From Candidatus Latescibacterota bacterium (GTDB lineage: Bacteria; Latescibacterota; UBA2968), in the NCBI GenBank assembly GCA_038279365.1, contig JAYODI010000019.1:1443-65442 (forward strand): 64,000 nucleotides of DNA. Direction: 5' to 3'. The first letter of the stretch is position 1. Each line of letters opens with the position of its first letter. Below are positions 10,362-19,012 of this stretch, piece after piece. The notes under the pieces were generated by a model. That model ran no database searches and was not told the DNA's origin. It saw nothing but the letters and a program-made list of their open reading frames with translations. Position numbers and translations under genes: made by a program.

Positions 10362-10390
10362 ATCATACTGTGATATTCAGTAAAAGTCAA
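10362..10390 (-). promoter_or_regulatory. Sigma70-type promoter of the desaturase operon
   Basis: Minus strand TTGACT-17 bp-TATGAT, ending 8 nt before the ATG at 10353. Confidence 0.7.
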
Positions 10391-10396
10391 TGTTTT

Positions 10397-10822
10397 TTAT
10401 GGGATTAGGTCTTTGATGTTTGAAATGTGGTAACAAGAGGGTGCGCCAGAATCAGAAATGTCTTTGCCTGTTAATTGGCCATGTGTCAGATATGTACGAT
10501 CCATTTGGGTTTGCGCCCAGTTGAGAATGGTATCTAAGAGGGGTATTGAAACGCCAACGATATCGGCGATGCCTCTTAAAACGACCAGTCCGTGTGGAAT
10601 GTCTTCAAGGAAAAAACGACTGCTCCAATCGGGTAGCCATCCATTTTTTTGTTGGATTATAGGGGGGTGAATACCCGCATAAGCTCGATGGGTGGCAATG
10701 GTGCTTTGAAGCGTTGATGGATCTTGCCTGGCTTGGCCATAGTTGTATATCAGGCCTTGTTGGAGGGGAAAAACAAAAGGCAGGTGAAGACACGTGCTTA
10801 GGCACTTGCAGGTGATCGGCAA
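10397..10822 (-). pseudogene. C-terminal remnant of an NAD/NADP octopine/nopaline (opine) dehydrogenase
   Basis: THRAYAGI.PP...PDWSSRFFLEDIPHGLVVLRGIADIVGVSIPLLDTILNWAQ matches the helical domain; no Rossmann domain and no room for one before the ppc stop at 10899. Confidence 0.75.
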
Positions 10823-10898
10823 ATGTTTTGGGTGTCAGGTTTTTGCGGTTGAGAAAAGATCGGACCGCGTTTTGAGATTGTTTGCTATGTATCATGAA

Positions 10899-13616
10899 CT
10901 ATCCCGTATTTTGAAGACCTTCTGCAATGCCGTTTACGGTGGCCAAAAGGGCATCAAAAATTTCTTCATCTTGGCGATCTGTGTCACGCCATCGGCGAAG
11001 CAAATCGACTTGCAAGAGGCTCATAGGATCAACATAGGGGTTTCGCAACCGAATGGCTCTTTGAAGGGTGGGATCATCGTCGAGCAGTTGTTCGTTGTTT
11101 TTAAGGTGTAAAATATTGTGAACGGTCTGTTGGTATTCGTCTTGGATGAATTGGAAAATTTCTTGCCCAGAATCGCCCGCCAATTGGGCATAATAAGAAC
11201 CAATTTCCATGTCGGTTTTGGCCAAAACCATTTCGATGTCTTCGAGAAAAGAACGCAAAAAGGGGTTTTGATTGACGACCTCAGAAACGTGTTCTTCGCC
11301 GTGTGTGGTAATGGCCTCTTGAAGGCCAGTGCCCAAGCCATACCAACCCGGTAAAATTTGACGGCTTTGCGTCCAAGAAAAAACCCATGGAATGGCACGC
11401 AAGTCCTGAATACCGTTTTGACTGCGACGCGATGCGGGGCGTGATCCTATTTGCAAGCGTTCGATCACGTCTATGGGTGTGGCATGGCGAAAGTAGTGAA
11501 AAAAATGAGGGTGTTCATAGACGAGTTTGCGATAGGTTTGGCGGCTTTTTTGTGCCATGGTTTCCATGACAACATGAGCTGCATCGTTGTGATGTGTGGA
11601 TTCTTTAACAACGGCTGTGGCTTGCATCACTGCGCCTGTCATTTGTTCGAGCTCGCGTATGGCAATGCCTCGCAAGCCATATTTGGCATTGATGATTTCG
11701 CCTTGTTCAGTTACGCGCAGACGCCCCCGCACGGTGCCGTGTGGGGCCGATAAGATGGCGCGTTCGAGTTTGCCGCCACCTCGGCTGACGGTGCCGCCTC
11801 GTCCATGAAAAATGGTGAGTTCGACATTGTGCTTTTTCATAATGTCTACGAGTGCGGCTTCGGTTTTGTGCAATGCCCAACGTGCGGCAAAGATGCCTCC
11901 ATCTTTGTTGCTGTCGGAATAGCCGATCATCACAATTTGGCGATTGTTGCGGCTTTGAATGTGTTTTTTATAAACGGGGTTGTTGAGCAACGCATCCATA
12001 ATTTGAGGGGCATTATTGAGGTCTTCTACGGTTTCAAACAAAGGGGCAATGTCTAAGGATATGGATTTGTCGCCTTGGTTGACCCCGCCCCATTTGGCCA
12101 ATAAAAGAACGGTGTAAATGTCATCGACATTTTGGGTCATGCTGATGATGAAGGGACCAATGGCGCTGGGGCCAAATTGTTGGCGGCACTGTTGTATGGT
12201 GCGAAAGACCGATAAAGTACGCACTGTTTCTGCATCGTCGGTTTCTTGGGGAGGTGTATCTGATTCAAAGGTTTGTATAAGAGTTTTGGCACGTTCTTCG
12301 GCAGGGGTATCGGCCCAATCTTTTTTGCCCAACAATTCGGCCATTACCGCACGATGCAGGTGTGCATCTTGGCGTATGTCTAAGGTGGCCAAGTGAAAAC
12401 CAAAGGTTTCGGCACGGCGCAAGAGTCGTTTGACACCAAAAAGACCAGCCGATGTGCCTTTGTTGTCGCGCAGACTTTGTGCGATGTTGCGCAAATCGGT
12501 CACATAGTCGTTGGGATGTGTGTATTTGGTGCTTTCTTCTTTTTCTGTGGCCTGAAGCCGTGCGCGCATGAGGTGCAACAATACCCGATAGGGCATGTTT
12601 TGATGGCGTGCAGGTATGTTTTGAAAAACGGTTGGGAAAAGTGTTTTATAGGTGTTGATGGTGTCGTGAATGACGGGGTTTATGTTGACACGAGAGCGTG
12701 ATTGGCTCAGTTGACGATAGAGGGTGGCCATTTCTTGTTGGTAGTTTTTAAATATGAGCACGCGGTGTTGTGAGAGCGTGTGTTGAATGGTTTTGTGTGT
12801 AACGTTGGGGTTGCCATCCATGTCGCCACCTACCCAAGATGCAAAAGAAATGAGTGCTGGCAATTGCCATTCTTTATTGGGGGTGCCATACACTTGGTTG
12901 AGCGCATCTTCTAGGGCTTCGTAGAAGGCTGGAATAATAAGGTAGAGGATGTCTGTGATATAAAAAAGGACGTGTTCTAACTCATCATTGACGGTGCGTT
13001 TGGCGTCGGGATGTTCTTCGGTTTGCCAAAGGGATGTGATTTCGACCCGTATGCGTTCGATGAGGGCTTGGTCTTCACGTGGGATGTGGTAGGGGTTTAA
13101 TCGTTCGCCAAGTCTTTGGGCAATGCGCAGGTGTTTTTCAAGAATGGTTCTGCGTGTGGCTTCGGTTGGGTGAGCGGTGAAAACAGGTTCGATGTGGATG
13201 TTATTGAGCAAGGTTTGCATGTTGTCCATGCTCATGCCTGATTGAATAATTTTGCGAATGGCATCTTCAATGCCTCCGGGCTGTGGACCCGATCCAGACC
13301 GTAAATAGTCGCGACTGCGGCGAATGCGGTGAATTTTTTCGGCGAGATTGACCACTTGAAAATAAGTGGAAAATGCCCGTACGAGTTCACCTGCTTGGGT
13401 TGTATCTAAAGCGCTGACCAACTCTGATAAGTGTGTGTCTGAGTCGGGGTCTGATTCGCGGCGATGAATGGCGGCTACACGCGCTGATTCGACCTGATTA
13501 AAAAGTGTTTCACCACCTTGTTCTTCGAGCACTTCACCGACCAAGGTGCCTAAGAGCCGCACATCGTTGCGTAAACCGGCATCTTTGAGAGGAAAATAAA
13601 TTTCGCGTTTGTTCAT
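10899..13616 (-). CDS. ppc: Phosphoenolpyruvate carboxylase
   Basis: VFTAHPT, MIGYSDSNKDGG, FHGRGGTVSRGG, LRAIPW, C-terminal GLQNTG. Confidence 0.97.
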   Translation of the reverse strand: MNKREIYFPLKDAGLRNDVRLLGTLVGEVLEEQGGETLFNQVESARVAAIHRRESDPDSDTHLSELVSALDTTQAGELVRAFSTYFQVVNLAEKIHRIRRSRDYLRSGSGPQPGGIEDAIRKIIQSGMSMDNMQTLLNNIHIEPVFTAHPTEATRRTILEKHLRIAQRLGERLNPYHIPREDQALIERIRVEITSLWQTEEHPDAKRTVNDELEHVLFYITDILYLIIPAFYEALEDALNQVYGTPNKEWQLPALISFASWVGGDMDGNPNVTHKTIQHTLSQHRVLIFKNYQQEMATLYRQLSQSRSRVNINPVIHDTINTYKTLFPTVFQNIPARHQNMPYRVLLHLMRARLQATEKEESTKYTHPNDYVTDLRNIAQSLRDNKGTSAGLFGVKRLLRRAETFGFHLATLDIRQDAHLHRAVMAELLGKKDWADTPAEERAKTLIQTFESDTPPQETDDAETVRTLSVFRTIQQCRQQFGPSAIGPFIISMTQNVDDIYTVLLLAKWGGVNQGDKSISLDIAPLFETVEDLNNAPQIMDALLNNPVYKKHIQSRNNRQIVMIGYSDSNKDGGIFAARWALHKTEAALVDIMKKHNVELTIFHGRGGTVSRGGGKLERAILSAPHGTVRGRLRVTEQGEIINAKYGLRGIAIRELEQMTGAVMQATAVVKESTHHNDAAHVVMETMAQKSRQTYRKLVYEHPHFFHYFRHATPIDVIERLQIGSRPASRRSQNGIQDLRAIPWVFSWTQSRQILPGWYGLGTGLQEAITTHGEEHVSEVVNQNPFLRSFLEDIEMVLAKTDMEIGSYYAQLAGDSGQEIFQFIQDEYQQTVHNILHLKNNEQLLDDDPTLQRAIRLRNPYVDPMSLLQVDLLRRWRDTDRQDEEIFDALLATVNGIAEGLQNTG

Positions 13617-13632
13617 TTTTACCTACATCTTG

Positions 13633-14295
13633 TTATTTGCCAAAGACAGTAAACCAGTGTGGATCTGGGTCTGCTTTGAAGGTGAGCGTTTCTTGCGTAG
13701 TTGGATGATTAAATGTAAGGGATTGGGCGTGAAGTGCAAAGGAACGATTGGGATAGGGTTTGCGTGAGCCATATTTATAGTCACCAATAAGGGTATGTCC
13801 GATATGGGCAAATTGTACACGAATTTGATGGTGACGGCCTGTGTGGAGTTGAATTTCGAGCCAAGAGATGTTGTTGTGAAAGTCTATGCATTGGTAAGAA
13901 AGTTTGGCCAGTTGGCCTTGTGGTGGTTCAACAACACGGCTTTTGCTTTGACGGCGTGCAAGGTGATGTTCCAATTGCCCCGATTTTGGCAATTGGCCCT
14001 CGACCAAGGCCCAGTATTGTTTTTGAATGGTGCGGTTGCGAATTTGATCCGATAATCTGGCGGCGGCTTTGGAGGTGCGCGCAAAGACCATTACGCCAGA
14101 AACAGGTCTGTCGAGGCGGTGCACCAATCCTAAAAAAACCTGACCAGGTTTGTTGTATTTTTTTTTAAGATGGTCTTTGCCCCAGTCGAGCAAATTGGGG
14201 TCGCCTGTTTGATCGCCCTGCGTGAGCATGCCACTGGGTTTTCTGATGACGAGCAAGTGATTGTCTTCAAAGAGGATGGATATGTTCGATGACAA
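13633..14295 (-). CDS. RluA-family RNA pseudouridine synthase
   Basis: KPSG, VHRLDRPVSG, TGRHHQIRVQ, LHA motifs. Confidence 0.93.
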   Translation of the reverse strand: MSSNISILFEDNHLLVIRKPSGMLTQGDQTGDPNLLDWGKDHLKKKYNKPGQVFLGLVHRLDRPVSGVMVFARTSKAAARLSDQIRNRTIQKQYWALVEGQLPKSGQLEHHLARRQSKSRVVEPPQGQLAKLSYQCIDFHNNISWLEIQLHTGRHHQIRVQFAHIGHTLIGDYKYGSRKPYPNRSFALHAQSLTFNHPTTQETLTFKADPDPHWFTVFGK

Positions 14296-14611
14296 GATTC
14301 AAACCTAACGTTAAGTAATTGTGTTTCATTGTATAAAAGCGAGTCTCTTTGTATGGGTATAAAAAGATAAAGGACGTTTTCAAAAGTACAAAGGAATTTT
14401 TGGTATTTGGGTTTGATAGATGCGTCAAGCCATTTTCATTCTATGATTTCTACACCAAGCCATCTTTCTTTCATAGCCCCTCAAGTAATGTTTTGGTGTC
14501 ATATTTTTTTGTTTTATCATGAACGCGGTTAAATATTGGGGTGCATTTTAGAAAGCTTACTCTCTTTTGAGTGTTACAGATGATACTCATTTTTATTTGG
14601 AGGAAATATAT

Positions 14612-16066
14612 ATGAAATGCAGGGCTCGATTTTTATTGGGTATGGCGTTGTTGTGTATGATGGGTACAACGGTGGCGGCAGATGAGGCACTAAAAACACA
14701 GGCCAAAGAAACCATGGTGAAAGCGACGCAGTTCTTTCGGTCTCAAGTGGCAACTGAGGGTGGGTATTTGTGGGCTTATAAGCCCGACTTTTCATATCGC
14801 CAAGGTGAAAATCCGGCTTCTGAGACAACCATTTGGATACAACCGCCAGGAACGCCATCTGTTGGGATGGTGTATTTGGATGCTTATGAAGCAACGGGAG
14901 ATACGTTGTTTTTAAATGGAGCCATCCATGCAGCGCGGGCTTTGGTGTGGGGGCAGTTGGCATCGGGGGGGTGGGATTATCGGATTGATTTTGACAAAGA
15001 AGAAAGCAAAAAATGGCATTATCGGCGAGATGTGGAAGCCGGAGATCAGGTCACGGGAGGCAGGCGCAATCGCACGACCTTGGATGACAACAATTCGCAA
15101 AGTGCCTTTCGGTTGTTGATGCAGGTCGATAAGGTTTTGGATTTTAAGGATGAAGAAATCCATCATGCGGTGGTGTATGGCCTGGATGCGTTGTTAAAGG
15201 CGCAATACCCCAATGGTGCGTGGCCTCAACGGTATGAAGATTTTCCCAATGCTGAAGATTTTCCTGTAAAAAAAGCGCGTTATCCTGAAACGTGGTCGCG
15301 TGAATTTCCACAGAAACGCTATTATAATTTTTATACATTTAACGACAATTCGATAGCAGATGTTATGGATATGATGCTTGAAGCATATCGGACGTATGAT
15401 GATGTGCGGTATTTGGAGGCGGCCAAACGAGGCGGTGATTTTATGCTTTTGGCACAAATGCCAGAACCCCAACCTGTATGGGCTCAACAATATAATTTGG
15501 ATATGGAACCTGCTTGGGCACGACGATTTGAGCCGCCTTCCGTAACCGGTGGCGAGACGTTTGGTATTATGCGGGCATTGTTGGATTTGTATGTGGAAAC
15601 AGGTGAGAATCGGTTTTTAGAACCGATTCCAAAGGCGTTGGCTTGGGCCAAGCGGTCTTTGTTGCCCGATGGGCGGTTGGCACGGTTTTATGAATTGAAG
15701 ACCAACAAACCTTTGTATTTTACGAAAGACGATTATGTGCTGACGTATGACGATTCAAATATGCCCACACATTATGCATTCAAGGTGAGTGGCAACCGCA
15801 TTGAGGGGATTGAGCGGTATTATGACCGGATCGTAAAGGATGGGCGGGAAGTGATCTTGGCAGAAAGAGATCGTCAAGGGGCAGTGGATGAGGCACAGGT
15901 AAAAGAGATTGTTGCGGCGTTGGATGATCAGGGGCGATGGGTTGGTATGGGAAGAATTCAAAATCCTGAGGATCGACGGGGAACCATTGAGGCTGAGGTG
16001 ATTTCGTGTCGGACGTTTGTTGCGAATATGCGGGCGTTGGCGCGGTATGTGAAAGAGGGGAAATAA
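14612..16066 (+). CDS. Secreted pectate lyase, PL10 (Pel-15E-like)
   Basis: Signal peptide after GGAGG RBS; TTLDDN, AQYPNGAWPQ, TFNDN, WAQQY, PAWARRFEPP, ARFYE motifs. Confidence 0.85.
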   Translation: MKCRARFLLGMALLCMMGTTVAADEALKTQAKETMVKATQFFRSQVATEGGYLWAYKPDFSYRQGENPASETTIWIQPPGTPSVGMVYLDAYEATGDTLFLNGAIHAARALVWGQLASGGWDYRIDFDKEESKKWHYRRDVEAGDQVTGGRRNRTTLDDNNSQSAFRLLMQVDKVLDFKDEEIHHAVVYGLDALLKAQYPNGAWPQRYEDFPNAEDFPVKKARYPETWSREFPQKRYYNFYTFNDNSIADVMDMMLEAYRTYDDVRYLEAAKRGGDFMLLAQMPEPQPVWAQQYNLDMEPAWARRFEPPSVTGGETFGIMRALLDLYVETGENRFLEPIPKALAWAKRSLLPDGRLARFYELKTNKPLYFTKDDYVLTYDDSNMPTHYAFKVSGNRIEGIERYYDRIVKDGREVILAERDRQGAVDEAQVKEIVAALDDQGRWVGMGRIQNPEDRRGTIEAEVISCRTFVANMRALARYVKEGK

Positions 16067-16124
16067 CATGTAGGTAGGTTGCTGTTAAGACCATTCGGAG
16101 TCGATTTTTTGTTGGTTGCTTGTG

Positions 16125-16320
16125 ATGCCTGCGTCGTCAGTCGTTCGCTTGCTCACGCCTTCTCTTTTTTCAACAAGAGAACGCGAGTAATTTGAGCGTT
16201 TGAAGAAAAGGTAACCCAAAAATGCCGCCCCTCAGGTGCCGGGGAGGCTGCACAGCGCAAATACCGTTTGTGGGTACATGTTGATTCAGTGGCCTACGAG
16301 CGTTGAGAAAAAAGAAAGTT
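16125..16320. repeat. Structured intergenic element, related to the element at ~44480-44560
   Basis: Hairpin with TTTTTCAACA loop followed by AAAAGGTAACCCAAAAATGCCGCCCCT, resembling AAAAGTAGGCAAAAAGGCTGCCCCT at 44525. Confidence 0.45.
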
Positions 16321-16398
16321 TGGTGTGATGGGAATGGTGCGCTGTGCGGATGGTTATCGTGATGAAATTGGTGATGGCTTTTATAAGGTGATGGATAT

Positions 16399-17961
16399 AT
16401 GCGATATATCATTGTGGTTTTTTTGGTCGTGGGGATGGTGCGTATGAGTGCTGGTGAAGAGCTGGATCGGGCAGATTTGCAGCGGCAGGTGCGGCGGTTG
16501 CAGGAGGAGTTGGTGCAGTTGCAACGGATGGTGACGCGCCTGACGGGCGACGAGTTGGTGGTGCGAAAGTTGGAAAGACTCCGTGATGATGCGGATGTTG
16601 ATATGTTGATGCGTCCTGTTCAGGAAGCATTGGCCGATTTGGCTTTTGCGATGAATCGTTTGAATGGAAAGAAAGCATTTCCAAAATCTGAGAAGATGGA
16701 TATACGGGTGGTTGATCAAGCGGATATGACGTATGCCATTGTTAGAGGAGATGGTGTGCAAAATAAGTTTGTTACGATTTTGAATGTGGGAACCGATGTT
16801 GTTGTGAATCCTCGGGTGGTGGTAAACGGCAAACGCAAATGGCATCACATAGAAGATATGATGGCAGAGATTGTGAAGCCAGATATGACAGATAGGGAGA
16901 AAGCACTTGCTATTTGGCAGTTTTTGGTGGACAATCGCTATCACGATCAACCGGCGCATAATGATGTTGAGTTGCATGACCCTGTGCGGTATTTGAATGT
17001 ATATGGATATGGGTTTTGTGATGATTCGGCAACCAATTTGATGGTATTGGCAGAGCAGGCAGGTTTGAAAGCTCGGGTATGGGGGTTGGAAGGGCATGTG
17101 GTGCCCGAGGTGTTTTTTGATGGCGGATGGCATATGTTAGATCCCGATGGCGAGATTTATTATTTGGAGGATGATGGGCATACCATAGCCAGTGTTGAGA
17201 CGCTGGAGAAGCGCCCTGATATTATTCGCAAGTATCCCAGCCCATATTACCGGCGAACAGAAGATCTGGTGATGGTGTATACAACAACCGAGGACAATCA
17301 GGTTTCAGATTGGTACAAACAAACGTCGGAGGCAAAACACACCATGGCTTTTTCACTTCGGCCAGGTGAATCATTGATGCGAGGGTATGATCATTGGGGG
17401 CATTATTTTTCGAGCCGATATTTACGAGAGCCCAAAAAGTATGGCAATGGTCGGTTTGTGTTTGAGCCTATTTGGAAAGACAATGTGTATCAAACGGGTG
17501 TGACGCATCAGGTTGGTTTGCAAGCAAAAGAGATGGGATCTGACTGGGTGCTGATGTCTGAAAATAAAATGGGTGAGTTGGTGTATCGGTTTGAGAGTCC
17601 TTATCCTTATTTGGATGGTCGATTGGTGGTTGAGAGTGATGGTCAGGTAGGTGTTTCCTTTTCTGAAGATGGTGAGGCTTGGGTGTCTGTGTGGCGATCT
17701 AAGTCCGATGAGAAGGTGCACACAACGGTGCCATTGGGCGTGTATTTTCGAAATGGGTATGGTCGGCCCATGTATGCGTATTATGTGAAAGTGCAATTGG
17801 ATGGCACGTTGAAACGGTTGCGTTTTGAGAGTGATATTCAAGTGGCCCCTTTGTCGGTGCCTGTGCTTGAGGTTGGGGAGAATCAGGTGCATTATCAAGA
17901 TGCATCCGAATCTCGGCAGGTTGAGATTGGTTTTGGATATGATTTGGAATCGGCGAAATAA
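16399..17961 (+). CDS. Secreted transglutaminase-fold (Cys-His-Asp) protein with N-terminal coiled coil
   Basis: Signal peptide; GYGFCDD, GHVVPEVF, WHMLDPD triad motifs. Confidence 0.75.
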   Translation: MRYIIVVFLVVGMVRMSAGEELDRADLQRQVRRLQEELVQLQRMVTRLTGDELVVRKLERLRDDADVDMLMRPVQEALADLAFAMNRLNGKKAFPKSEKMDIRVVDQADMTYAIVRGDGVQNKFVTILNVGTDVVVNPRVVVNGKRKWHHIEDMMAEIVKPDMTDREKALAIWQFLVDNRYHDQPAHNDVELHDPVRYLNVYGYGFCDDSATNLMVLAEQAGLKARVWGLEGHVVPEVFFDGGWHMLDPDGEIYYLEDDGHTIASVETLEKRPDIIRKYPSPYYRRTEDLVMVYTTTEDNQVSDWYKQTSEAKHTMAFSLRPGESLMRGYDHWGHYFSSRYLREPKKYGNGRFVFEPIWKDNVYQTGVTHQVGLQAKEMGSDWVLMSENKMGELVYRFESPYPYLDGRLVVESDGQVGVSFSEDGEAWVSVWRSKSDEKVHTTVPLGVYFRNGYGRPMYAYYVKVQLDGTLKRLRFESDIQVAPLSVPVLEVGENQVHYQDASESRQVEIGFGYDLESAK

Positions 17962-17967
17962 AAATTA

Positions 17968-18024
17968 AGGTCACAGGTCATAGGTCACAGGCCGATGTTT
18001 TTGACTTTTGACCTGTGACTGACT
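17968..18024. repeat. Inverted heptamer tandem repeat (AGGTCAC)n...(TGACYTK)n
   Basis: AGGTCAC AGGTCAT AGGTCAC AGG ... TTGACTT TTGACCT GTGACTGACT. Confidence 0.75.
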
Positions 18025-18040
18025 TTAGGAGATTGGATAC

Positions 18041-18964
18041 ATGGCAGATTTGGGATTGAGACGGTTAGGACGCACGGAGATGAAGCCAACGGCCTTGGCT
18101 TTGGGGTGTGCGTTTTTTGGGCAGAAGGACAATGTGACAGATAAGGATGCTTTTGAGGGGGTACGTCGCGCCATTGATTTGGGTATTAATTTTGTAGATA
18201 CATCACCGCTTTATGGCGAGAGCGAACGGCGGGTGGGATTGGCACTTGCGGGTGGCTATCGGGAGAAGGTGTATTTGCAGACAAAAACTGGCACACATCC
18301 TGAGCGGCGGCATGATTATTCGGCAGAAGGCACGCGCTGGAGTGTGGAGAACAGTTTGCGATTGTTGAAGACAGATTATTTTGACTCGGTGTTGATTCAT
18401 GACCCGCGCGATATTGAAGATCCATTGCGACCTGGGGCGGCGTTGGATACGTTGTTGAAGATGAAGGATGAAGGGTTGTTGAAGCATATTGGCATTGGGG
18501 TGCGAGAACACGACTTTCATAAGCGAGCGATTGAGACGGGGCATATTGATATTGTGTTGACGTATTTGGATTATACATTGTTGAGTCAGTCGGTGGCAGA
18601 GACGACGTTGCCATTGGCAAAATCAAAAGATGTGGGCGTGATTTTGGCGAGCATTCAGGGAATGGGTTTGTTGGCTGGGGCACGGCCCAGTTTGGAATTG
18701 GGTGAACGACGGTATCCTGGAAAAGCACAAATGGCCATTGATATGTGGGATTGGTGCAATGAACGTGGCATTCATTTGCGGCAGATGGCATTGCAGTTTT
18801 GTTTGGCTGCACCGATTAGTGGGATGGTGATGGCTGGGCCAGCAAACAAACAGCAGGTGGAAGAAGTGATTGCGGCAGCAACTGCTGATGTGGATATGGA
18901 CTTGTGGCGTGATTTTGAAGACAGATTTGGTGTTGGGCTAACGGCTGTTAAAAATGCTGAATAA
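18041..18964 (+). CDS. Aldo/keto reductase (aldose dehydrogenase-like)
   Basis: FVDTSPLYG, QTKTG, SLRLLKTDY, LIHD catalytic tetrad. Confidence 0.92.
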   Translation: MADLGLRRLGRTEMKPTALALGCAFFGQKDNVTDKDAFEGVRRAIDLGINFVDTSPLYGESERRVGLALAGGYREKVYLQTKTGTHPERRHDYSAEGTRWSVENSLRLLKTDYFDSVLIHDPRDIEDPLRPGAALDTLLKMKDEGLLKHIGIGVREHDFHKRAIETGHIDIVLTYLDYTLLSQSVAETTLPLAKSKDVGVILASIQGMGLLAGARPSLELGERRYPGKAQMAIDMWDWCNERGIHLRQMALQFCLAAPISGMVMAGPANKQQVEEVIAAATADVDMDLWRDFEDRFGVGLTAVKNAE

Positions 18965-19012
18965 GCACACTGTTGTTTTGATGTTAGGCTTTTTTTAAAA
19001 GAGAGCGTTTAT

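Noticed and set aside
16381-17898. Long His/Ile/Pro-rich minus-strand ORFs here and at 28273..29157, 30589..31473 and 34767..35534
   Set aside because: Shadow frames of G/T-biased plus-strand genes; no motifs.
17968-18024. CRISPR interpretation of the short repeats
   Set aside because: Units are 7 bp without unique spacers, and no cas genes are present.
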